This document shows positions 25,349 through 32,000 of a DNA stretch of 32,000 nt, piece after piece. Below the pieces are notes generated by a model. It was not told the origin of the DNA and made no database searches. It saw only the letters and a list, made by a program, of their open reading frames with translations. Positions within the stretch are counted from its first letter, which is position 1. Every line of letters begins with the position of its first letter. Source of the DNA: an uncultured archaeon (lineage in GTDB: Archaea > Iainarchaeota > Iainarchaeia > Iainarchaeales > Iainarchaeaceae); the NCBI GenBank assembly GCA_964577555.1, contig CAZNZM010000002.1, forward strand, positions 93,012-125,011, written 5' to 3'. The translations under genes were made by a program, and so were the position numbers.

Positions 25349-26260
25349 TTATTTTTGTTTTTCTTTGTTCCAAAGGTCAACTAGTGTTTTGTAATTTTGC
25401 GCCACTTGTTTTGCCGCTTCTTCTCTTGTAATTTTTCCTTCGTTAAGCAATTTCATTGGTTCCCAAAAAACTGTTCTTCCTACTGCGAATCCTATTATGC
25501 CTTTTACTTTTGCACCTACTTTGAGCCATTCTTTTACTTTTTCTGGGTCTTCCCCTCTGCCAAGTGTTATTATTCCTGAATTTCTACCGTTGCTTTTGGC
25601 TTGCTTTACTAATTTTTTTGAGTCTTCGATTTTTTCTACTCCTTCAAGTTTCCAAATGTCAGGTTCAACTCCTGAGTTTTGTATTTCTTTCATTGCTTTT
25701 ACCATCAATTTTGGTCTTGTTTCGGCGTCATATTTTGCTTTGTCGTTGCCAACTTTTTTTAATTGTTCTTCTGTTGCTGGCACTAATAGTTCAAACATGA
25801 ATTTTTTTTGTATTTCGTGCGCAAAATCAGAAATTTGTTTGAGTCTTTGAAGTTGTCTTTTGTTGAGTTCTTTATCTCCTTCTGGATTGTATCTTACTAA
25901 TACTTTTACAATTGTTGGGTCAACTCTTTTGACATGGCTTTTGAAGTCAGGGTGTTCAAAGTCGAATTCGTCTTGTCCGGATTTTTCAACAGGCATTGCA
26001 GTCATGAATCCTTTTTCTTTTGCGTCTTTGAGTATTTTTGCTCCGAATTCTTCATCAACTAATATTGCTGCTGTTTCTTTCGGTACTCCCATTTTTATGC
26101 TTTCAAGAAATCCTTCATAAACCATTTGTTTAAGCAATGAGTATTTTTCTGCTTCTTCTTTTGTTGGTTTTCTCCCTTCTATTCCAAAAAGCTTTTTCAA
26201 AAGCGAACCTCTGTGGTCAAATGGCAATACAAGCAAGTCTTTTTCATATCCGATTTCCAT
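25349..26260 (-). CDS. DUF2090 / IolC C-terminal-like TIM-barrel aldolase-like protein
   Basis: LLVLPFDHRGSLLKKLFG, AILVDEEFGAKIL, VKVLVRYNPEGD, and IITLGRGEDPEKV...GFAVGRTVFWEPM. Confidence 0.8.
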   Translation of the reverse strand: MEIGYEKDLLVLPFDHRGSLLKKLFGIEGRKPTKEEAEKYSLLKQMVYEGFLESIKMGVPKETAAILVDEEFGAKILKDAKEKGFMTAMPVEKSGQDEFDFEHPDFKSHVKRVDPTIVKVLVRYNPEGDKELNKRQLQRLKQISDFAHEIQKKFMFELLVPATEEQLKKVGNDKAKYDAETRPKLMVKAMKEIQNSGVEPDIWKLEGVEKIEDSKKLVKQAKSNGRNSGIITLGRGEDPEKVKEWLKVGAKVKGIIGFAVGRTVFWEPMKLLNEGKITREEAAKQVAQNYKTLVDLWNKEKQK

Positions 26261-26346
26261 AAGTTACCGCTCCTTTAAAAGTTTTATTAAAAGTGTTTGA
26301 TTAGGTTCTTCTTAAATTGTTTTTGTTTGTGCTATTTTTTGTAATT

Positions 26347-27033
26347 ATGGTTTATGGTGTGCTTTTTTCCGGTGGAAAGGATTCTACTTATACTATTTAT
26401 GCTGCATTGAAAAGAAACTATTCTGTAAATTGTCTTATAACTATGCGTTCAGAAAACAAGGCTAGTTATATGTTTCATACTGCGGCAATAGATGTTACCA
26501 AGCTTCAGGCTGAAGCCATTGGCTTGCCTATAATGTATTATAATACAAATGGGGTTAAGGAGCATGAGCTTGAAGATCTTGAAAGCGCGTTAAGAATCGC
26601 AAAGAAAGAATATGGTATTGATGGTGTTGGTGTTGGTGCTTTAGCCTCTGAATATCAACGCAAAAGAGTCAAAGACATTTGTGATAGTATAGGTGTTAAA
26701 ATGTTTGCACCTATTTGGCAAAGAGATCAGGAATCTTATTTAAAAGAGCTTGTTTTTGAGGGTTTTAACGTAATATTTGTTGGGGTTGGGGCTCAAGGGT
26801 TGGATAAAAGTTGGCTTGGCAGAAAATTGGATTTTGCAGCCATATCTGATTTGGTTTCGCTTAATAAAAAGAATGGTTTGCATATTGGCGGAGAAGGTGG
26901 GGAGTATGAAACTCTTGTATTGGATTGTCCGATTTTCAAAAAAAGAATTTTGATTTCTAATTCGGTTCCAAAAATGGATTCTGATAATTCAGGAAGGCTT
27001 GAAATTGTTTCTGCAAGGCTTGAAGAAAAATGA
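26347..27033 (+). CDS. dph6: Diphthine--ammonia ligase (ATP-pyrophosphatase domain)
   Basis: VLFSGGKDSTYTIYAAL, DGVGVGALASEYQRKRV, PIWQRDQESYLKEL, and GGEGGEYETLVLDCPIF. Confidence 0.92.
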   Translation: MVYGVLFSGGKDSTYTIYAALKRNYSVNCLITMRSENKASYMFHTAAIDVTKLQAEAIGLPIMYYNTNGVKEHELEDLESALRIAKKEYGIDGVGVGALASEYQRKRVKDICDSIGVKMFAPIWQRDQESYLKELVFEGFNVIFVGVGAQGLDKSWLGRKLDFAAISDLVSLNKKNGLHIGGEGGEYETLVLDCPIFKKRILISNSVPKMDSDNSGRLEIVSARLEEK

Positions 27034-27060
27034 TTTTTTTTATGGTGTTTTTTTGTGTCT

Positions 27061-28008
27061 TTAAGTTTTGCATTCACCGTTGGTTGGTTGGCTGATTACT
27101 TTAATATTTGTAGCATATACTTCGGCATTTTCTGTTTCTATTCCTTTTTCTCTCCATTTTGAGGCGCATTCGTATCCGAATTCACAGCCTTCGCATTCAT
27201 AATAGGTTTTGCATATTCCTTCTTCTAAAATTGTTTTTCCTTTTTTTGTTGCTGTGCATTTTGTGTTTGTTGATTGTTCTACGAATATTTCTTTTTCCCA
27301 TTCTGCAATTCCAGCGTCTTCAGAGTTTGCAATTATTTTAACAATGTAGTTGCCTGCTTTTGCCAGGATTATTTGTCTTGCAATTGTGTATTTTTCATTA
27401 GGATTTATTTCGTTTATTTCTCCTAAAATATTCTGGGCTAGTATTTCTTTTTTTTCTTCACCTTCTTTTATTATAAAATAAAACAATATTTCGTAATTTA
27501 ATTTTGCCGCTGTTATTTTTCCGTTGTTTGCCAATTCAAAACTGAATTTTATTGTTTCTTTTTGTTTTGCATTGTTTGGTATTATTACGTTTTGTATTTC
27601 TATGTTTGCAGGTTTGTCGCCAAAGTAAACCGTGCAGTCATCAATTATTTGCGTTCCTCCAAGTTTTAGGGGTTTGCATCTGAAATGTGCCATTGTTGAA
27701 AAAGTGGTTTTTGCATTTATGTTTTTTGGCTCAATTTTTATTTTTTGGCCGCTGCATGTTTGAAAGTCTGAGCATTCAAATCTTATATTAATTATGGGTG
27801 TTTCCATATTTTTGGCTTTTAGCGAAAACCCTTCTTTGAAGTAAATTTCTTTTGAATATAATTTTCCAATATTGCCGTGTGCTAAATCAATGCCTTTTTT
27901 TATTTCTTTTTCCGTTTCTGTATGTGGCATAATGAAAATGTTATAGATTATGAATATTATTGTCGCTGTTGCAATCCCGTAAATAAGTAATTTTAGCGGC
28001 GAATCCAT
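27061..28008 (-). CDS. Membrane-anchored secreted protein with CARDB-like beta region and C-terminal Cys cluster
   Basis: N-terminal TM helix, middle segment ANIEIQNVIIPNNAKQKETIKFSFELANNGKI...AKAGNYIVKIIAN, C-terminal CKTYYECEGCEFGYEC. Confidence 0.65.
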   Translation of the reverse strand: MDSPLKLLIYGIATATIIFIIYNIFIMPHTETEKEIKKGIDLAHGNIGKLYSKEIYFKEGFSLKAKNMETPIINIRFECSDFQTCSGQKIKIEPKNINAKTTFSTMAHFRCKPLKLGGTQIIDDCTVYFGDKPANIEIQNVIIPNNAKQKETIKFSFELANNGKITAAKLNYEILFYFIIKEGEEKKEILAQNILGEINEINPNEKYTIARQIILAKAGNYIVKIIANSEDAGIAEWEKEIFVEQSTNTKCTATKKGKTILEEGICKTYYECEGCEFGYECASKWREKGIETENAEVYATNIKVISQPTNGECKT

Positions 28009-28250
28009 TTTGGTTTCCTTCTTTCAGGTTTAAGCACTTCCCTGACTTCCCATTTCCAAAGGGTTTCTATGATGAATGTAATTCCGAATGTTATAATGAT
28101 TATTGTTATGATTGTTCCGTAGTCTCCGACAAAAAACAAGTATCCTTGTTCTTTTTGAGCCCATAGTTTGAATAGTAAAATGAAAAATATAGTCATTAGA
28201 AAGCCAAGTGTTAATTTCACTGCTTTTTCTATGAGAATTAATATTTGCAT
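27993..28250 (-). CDS. Small two-helix membrane protein of unknown function
   Basis: 85 aa ORF whose 3' end overlaps the following minus-strand gene. Two hydrophobic segments. Confidence 0.55.
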   Translation of the reverse strand: MQILILIEKAVKLTLGFLMTIFFILLFKLWAQKEQGYLFFVGDYGTIITIIIITFGITFIIETLWKWEVREVLKPERRKPKWIRR

Positions 28251-28289
28251 ATATAAATTTTATTTTTTGGTATTTAAAAGTCGTTTGTT

Positions 28290-28812
28290 TAAGTTTTTTA
28301 TGGGTTTTTTTTTGCTTTTTTTGTTATTTTTTTTAGCCATTATTTTTAGAGGGTTTTTTTTGGGGTTGTTTTTTTAATTTTGTTTTTTTTGTCTTTGTTT
28401 TTTTTGTTGTTTGCTTTTTAAGTCAATTTATTTTTTAGATGTTTTTTTAATCATTTTTTTGGGTATTTTTTTTATTTTTTTTAATTGTTTTTTTTGGCGA
28501 GCCGTTTTTTTTGTTATTTTTTTTTGTTTGTTTTTGCAAGCCTTTTTTTTGTTTTTTTTGTGGCTTGGTTTTTTTTGTTTGAAATTTTGTTTTTTTGCAA
28601 GCCAATTTTTTTTGTCATTTTTTTTTGAATTATTTTTTTGTTTTTTTTTGTTGTTTTTTTTGTCGAGCCAATTTTTTTGTTATTATTTTTTTTGTTTTTT
28701 TTAATTGAATTTTGTTTTTTTGTAAGTCATTTTTTTCTTATTTTTTTTGGTTGTTTTTTTTGTGTTTTTGTTTTTGTGAGCCGTTTTTTTTAGTATTTTT
28801 TTTATTGTTTTG
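28290..28812 (+). repeat. Intergenic T-tract/GCNAGCC-like repeat island 5 (largest)
   Basis: Cores GCGAGCC (28497), GCAAGCC (28538), GCAAGCC (28597), TCGAGCC (28663), GTAAGTC (28722), GTGAGCC (28776). Near-complete unit GTTTGAAATTTTG-T-GCAAGCC-AA-T-GTCATT-T-GAATTATT at 28577-28640. Confidence 0.75.
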
Positions 28813-28814
28813 GC

Positions 28815-30668
28815 TTATTGGTTTTCTTCTTCCATTATATTGGTTTTTGTTTGCTTGTTGTACATTTCTATTATTTCTTTTACTGTTGTGCTTTCTTCTG
28901 GTTTTTTTTCTCTGAATTTTATCATTCTTGGAAATCTCAAAGCGTATCCTTGCCCTGTTTTGTCCATTCCACAAGTGTGTAATGGGCTTCTTGTGATTTC
29001 ATCAGCCCTTACTTCTATGACTTGGTTTGGCAGAACCCAGGCATCTGGTTCTATTTTGGAGTCAACTCTTGCTGGTTTTTCTTTTTTTGAGATTTTTTCC
29101 AGTTTTTGTTTGAGTTCTTTGAGCATTTCTTCGCTCATTCCACTCCCTATTTTGCAAATTGATTTGAATGAGTCTGTTTCTTCATCATATACTGCTGTCA
29201 AAAGTCCGCCAAGCCCGAATTCTGTTCTTTTTCCTTTTCCTTTAAAATAGCCTATTATTGTAACATCAACCGAATCGGATAGTTCTCCTTTGTAGCTTCT
29301 TTTTAGTTTTATCCATGCGAATTTTCTGGCTCCTGCAATGTATGGTGCGTTTAAGTCTTTTGCAATTATTCCTTCAAGCCCGTTTTCAATGTTTTCAAGG
29401 AAGAATTCTTCTATTTTTTTAGGGTCGTCGGTTATGATGCTTTTTGTTAGTTGTATGGTTTCTCCTTTTCCAATGATTTTTGACAATAGTTCTCTGCGTT
29501 TGCTGAATTTTTCGTTCATTATGTTTTTACCGTCAATGTACATTGCATCAAATGCAAATACTTTTAATGGAAATTCTTCTGCCATTTTTCCAATTTCGTA
29601 TTTTCTTTTTCTTTGCATTGTCACTTGAAATGGAAAGTATTGTTGCGTTTCTTCATTGTATGCTAATGCTTCGCCTTCAAATATTGCTGATTTTGCTTTG
29701 ATTTGTTCTTTTATTGCTTCTACTATTTCAGGAAACATTTCTGTCATGTTTTCAGATTGCCTTGAAAAAATTACTACTTTGTCCTGGTCTTTGTGGCATT
29801 GCAGTCTTAATCCGTCGTATTTTGCTTCAACAGCACATTTTCCTATTTTGTTTATGATTTCTTCTGATGAAGGGAGTCTTTCTGCAAGAGTTGGCCTTAT
29901 TGGAGTTCCAGGCTGTATATTGATTTCTTCTAGCCCTTTGAGGCCTTTTTCTTTTAGTTTTTTTGCTATTTCTCCCAAGTCTGAAAATATGTTGTATTTT
30001 TCTTCTATGTATTGCCTTAATTTTTGTTTTGCCTTTCTTTCAAATTCCTCTTTTCTTTTTTCGTCTTTTTTTTCTTTTAATTCTGATTCTATTTCGTTTT
30101 TCGTTTTTTCGTTTTTTAGGAATTCGTCAAGATAATTTATTGCCAGAGAATCCATTATTGTTGGGTCTCCAATACCTAATCTTAGATTTCCCAATGGTAA
30201 TCTTGCAATGTATTTTGCTTCTATGGGGGTTGCGCTGTTTAGGAGCTCTGCAAATGTTCTTAGTTTTATTTCTTGGCTTCCTTTTCCTTCCGTTTCTGCG
30301 ATTTTCACTAGGTTTGAGAAAACTTTGTTTGGTGTGAGTTTTTCTGTGAAAAAAGATTTTTGTTTTCTTGTTTTTGCAAGTTTTTCTGCAACGCTTCCAA
30401 GGTCGCCCATTTCTTTGTAGAGTTTTGTTATTTCTTCTCTTGTGAATCCTGTTGCGTTTGCTATTCCTTGTTCTAATAAACCTTCGCCTATTCCAGATTC
30501 AAGGCTTGCGTGTTTTGGGCCTAAAGCACCTTGTGAGAAATATACTATTTGTTTTGCTTCGTTTTCGTTAGCTTTTGCAATTAGTTCTGCCAATATTTTT
30601 GTCATTTCAATTCTTGAATTTGTGTTTTCTATTTTATTGAATTGTTCTGCGATTTCCAAAAAAAGCAT
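28815..30668 (-). CDS. lig: ATP-dependent DNA ligase, archaeal type
   Basis: CAVEAKYDGLRLQCHKD (adenylation KYDGxR), VIFSRQSENMTEMFPEI, FEGEALAY, GLEGIIAKDL, and AWIKLKRSY motifs. Confidence 0.95.
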   Translation of the reverse strand: MLFLEIAEQFNKIENTNSRIEMTKILAELIAKANENEAKQIVYFSQGALGPKHASLESGIGEGLLEQGIANATGFTREEITKLYKEMGDLGSVAEKLAKTRKQKSFFTEKLTPNKVFSNLVKIAETEGKGSQEIKLRTFAELLNSATPIEAKYIARLPLGNLRLGIGDPTIMDSLAINYLDEFLKNEKTKNEIESELKEKKDEKRKEEFERKAKQKLRQYIEEKYNIFSDLGEIAKKLKEKGLKGLEEINIQPGTPIRPTLAERLPSSEEIINKIGKCAVEAKYDGLRLQCHKDQDKVVIFSRQSENMTEMFPEIVEAIKEQIKAKSAIFEGEALAYNEETQQYFPFQVTMQRKRKYEIGKMAEEFPLKVFAFDAMYIDGKNIMNEKFSKRRELLSKIIGKGETIQLTKSIITDDPKKIEEFFLENIENGLEGIIAKDLNAPYIAGARKFAWIKLKRSYKGELSDSVDVTIIGYFKGKGKRTEFGLGGLLTAVYDEETDSFKSICKIGSGMSEEMLKELKQKLEKISKKEKPARVDSKIEPDAWVLPNQVIEVRADEITRSPLHTCGMDKTGQGYALRFPRMIKFREKKPEESTTVKEIIEMYNKQTKTNIMEEENQ

Positions 30669-30746
30669 AAATGATTTATATGCTGTGTTGAATTAAATTT
30701 AATGTTTTTGCAGGTTTTATGGTTTTATCGTTTTTTATAATTTTGT

Positions 30747-31139
30747 TTACACCCAAGAGAAAATTACTTTGTTTATGTCCTTGTTTTTTATTAGGGTGTT
30801 TCGCATGTTTATTATTTCTTCTGATTTGCCATGTAAGATAAAATTGTCTATGCATTTGTTTTCGTTTATGCATGAATGATTTTGCCCGATTATTATTTTG
30901 TTGAATTTGTGTTTTGTTTCAGAGATGAATTTTTCTGTTTTCCGCGGGTGTATTGTTGATATTGTTGCGTTAGCAATTCCTTTTATGGAATTTTCTTTGT
31001 TGATTTTTTCAAGGGCTATATTTATTGCTGCTCTAATTGCTTCTGAGTTGTTTGCGTGGCCCATTGCATTTTTGATTGTTTGAAGTGCATCTATATTTTT
31101 ATCCCCTAAAGAAATGCTGATTATTTTCATAAAAATCAA
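30747..31139 (-). CDS. NikR-like ribbon-helix-helix metalloregulator
   Basis: N-terminal RHH-like ISLGDKNIDALQTIKNAMGHANNSEAIRAAI. C-terminal NikR-like H-x10-H-x-C-x5-C...HGKSEEI... Confidence 0.75.
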   Translation of the reverse strand: MIFMKIISISLGDKNIDALQTIKNAMGHANNSEAIRAAINIALEKINKENSIKGIANATISTIHPRKTEKFISETKHKFNKIIIGQNHSCINENKCIDNFILHGKSEEIINMRNTLIKNKDINKVIFSWV

Positions 31140-31217
31140 ATGTTATTTTATTAACAATTAAATTTTTATTATTAATTATTAATAAAATTTTCAAAAATTG
31201 TAATATTAGTGGTTTTT

Positions 31218-31379
31218 ATGGTTGAAGAGATTTTGCATTTTTTAGGCGGTTTTATTTTTGGTGCCGGGGTTTATCAATATTTTTTTGTAAAGCATGGCGA
31301 GAAGGCTAATTTGGTTTTTCTTTTTTTAGCGGGTTTTGTTGGTTGGGTTTTGGTTGAATTTTTTTTGCATGGAGGGTGA
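31218..31379 (+). CDS. Small membrane protein (53 aa), hypothetical
   Basis: Translated by eye from sequence: MVEEILHFLGGFIFGAGVYQYFFVKHGEKANLVFLFLAGFVGWVLVEFFLHGG*. Start codon near the divergent promoter region; overlaps the next ORF. Confidence 0.5.
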   Translation: MVEEILHFLGGFIFGAGVYQYFFVKHGEKANLVFLFLAGFVGWVLVEFFLHGG

Positions 31380-31653
31380 GGTGTTTTTGGTGTATTTTAA
31401 ATTTTTTTTTATTTTTTTTGTGTTATTGAATTTTCCATTTGTTTATTCTCATGGTTTTCATGGGCCTGAAGGGGTTTCTTTTGAGAATTTGTTTTTTTTG
31501 TTGTCTTTTGGTTCTATAGGAATTGGACTTTATTCGTTGCATTCCGAAATTTCTGGTCATGAATTGAAGTTGCTTGAAATTGGAGCCGCTTTTTTTGGTG
31601 GTTATTATATTATTAGCATTTTTGTTTCTTGGTTAGTTGGGTTGTTTGGTTGA
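31369..31653 (+). CDS. Histidine-containing small membrane protein, hypothetical
   Basis: ORF extends from 31336 but ATG 31369 overlaps the upstream stop region. Contains SHGFHG and HSEISGHE and several hydrophobic segments. Confidence 0.55.
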   Translation: MEGEVFLVYFKFFFIFFVLLNFPFVYSHGFHGPEGVSFENLFFLLSFGSIGIGLYSLHSEISGHELKLLEIGAAFFGGYYIISIFVSWLVGLFG

Positions 31654-31658
31654 TTTTT

Positions 31659-32000
31659 ATGGATGTATGGTTTTTGGCTTTGTTGAGTACTTTGCTTGTC
31701 AGCATTGTTTCATTTGTTGGAATCGTTATTTTGATTATTAGCAAGAATCTTGTTGATAAACACATTTATTTTTTGGTGGCCTTGTCTGCTGGTGTTCTTT
31801 TAGGCGATGCTTTTTTTCATTTGATGCCTGAAGCTTTGGAGCAAGAAGGAGTAAAGGCTATTAGTGTTTCGCTTGATGTGATTTCAGGTTTTATTTTTAT
31901 GTTAGTATTTGAGCGTTTGATTCATTGGCATCATTGTCATGGGCATGAGCATGATTGTGAAAATTTGAAGTCTTTTGGGTATGTAAATTTGGCTGGTGAT
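31659..32000 (+). CDS. ZIP family metal cation transporter, N-terminal part (runs off window)
   Basis: Translated by eye: MDVWFLALLSTLLVSIVSFVGIVILIISKNLVDKHIYFLVALSAGVLLGDAFFHLMPEALEQEG...HWHHCHGHEHDCENL. GDAFFHLMPEA motif plus cytosolic His-rich loop. Confidence 0.85.
   Translation, partial: MDVWFLALLSTLLVSIVSFVGIVILIISKNLVDKHIYFLVALSAGVLLGDAFFHLMPEALEQEGVKAISVSLDVISGFIFMLVFERLIHWHHCHGHEHDCENLKSFGYVNLAGD

Noticed and set aside
28411-28704. Phe-rich ORF (FFWRAVFFVIFF...) in island 5, with a similar peptide in the 12282..12479 ORF
   Set aside because: The shared peptide comes from the shared nucleotide repeat (GGCGAGCCG plus T-tract), not from a protein family. The reading frames are incidental low-complexity translations.
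2706-28812. CRISPR array interpretation of the periodic islands
   Set aside because: Units are degenerate, intervening segments are low-complexity T-tracts rather than unique spacers, and no cas genes are present.
30676-30873. 65-aa minus-strand ORF overlapping the end of the NikR-like gene
   Set aside because: No domain, lysine/histidine-rich shadow frame overlapping a better-supported gene.
1-32000. Mobile elements, prophage, toxin-antitoxin or classical defence systems
   Set aside because: No transposase, integrase, restriction, Cas, Argonaute or recognisable toxin-antitoxin sequences were found among the ORFs. The content is mostly housekeeping.

Overview
This is a gene-dense, AT-rich archaeal chromosomal segment. 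Evidence: archaeal C/D-box RNP genes, GatDE, Dph6, an archaeal-type ATP-dependent DNA ligase, and a tRNA intron with a bulge-helix-bulge. The small genome style and bacterial-type aspS suggest a DPANN-like lineage, but this is inference. Main content: a translation/RNA block (glyS, nop5, flpA, MBL nuclease, bacterial-type aspS, gatC-gatA-IMPase-gatB), a PLD-type lipoprotein, a two-domain winged-helix regulator, a rhomboid-like protease with a long charged insertion, tRNA-Ile(GAU), and intron-containing tRNA-Gln(UUG). Further along are an OPT transporter, an OBG/YchF-like GTPase, NAD(P)H-hydrate dehydratase, gatE/gatD, a class I FBPase, a DUF2090-type aldolase-like protein, dph6, DNA ligase, and a NikR-like regulator divergent from small membrane ORFs plus a ZIP transporter. 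The strongest unexplained signal is a family of dispersed intergenic islands at about 2.7-2.9, 12.4-12.64, 17.93-18.23 and 28.3-28.8 kb, with a weaker one at 25.15-25.35 kb. They are built of GCNAGCC-like cores spaced about 40-75 nt apart and embedded in T-tracts with shared linkers (GTTTGAAATTTTG, GTCATT, GAATTATT). All are T-rich on the + strand whatever the direction of the flanking genes. No CRISPR array, transposase, prophage or classical defence island was recognised.
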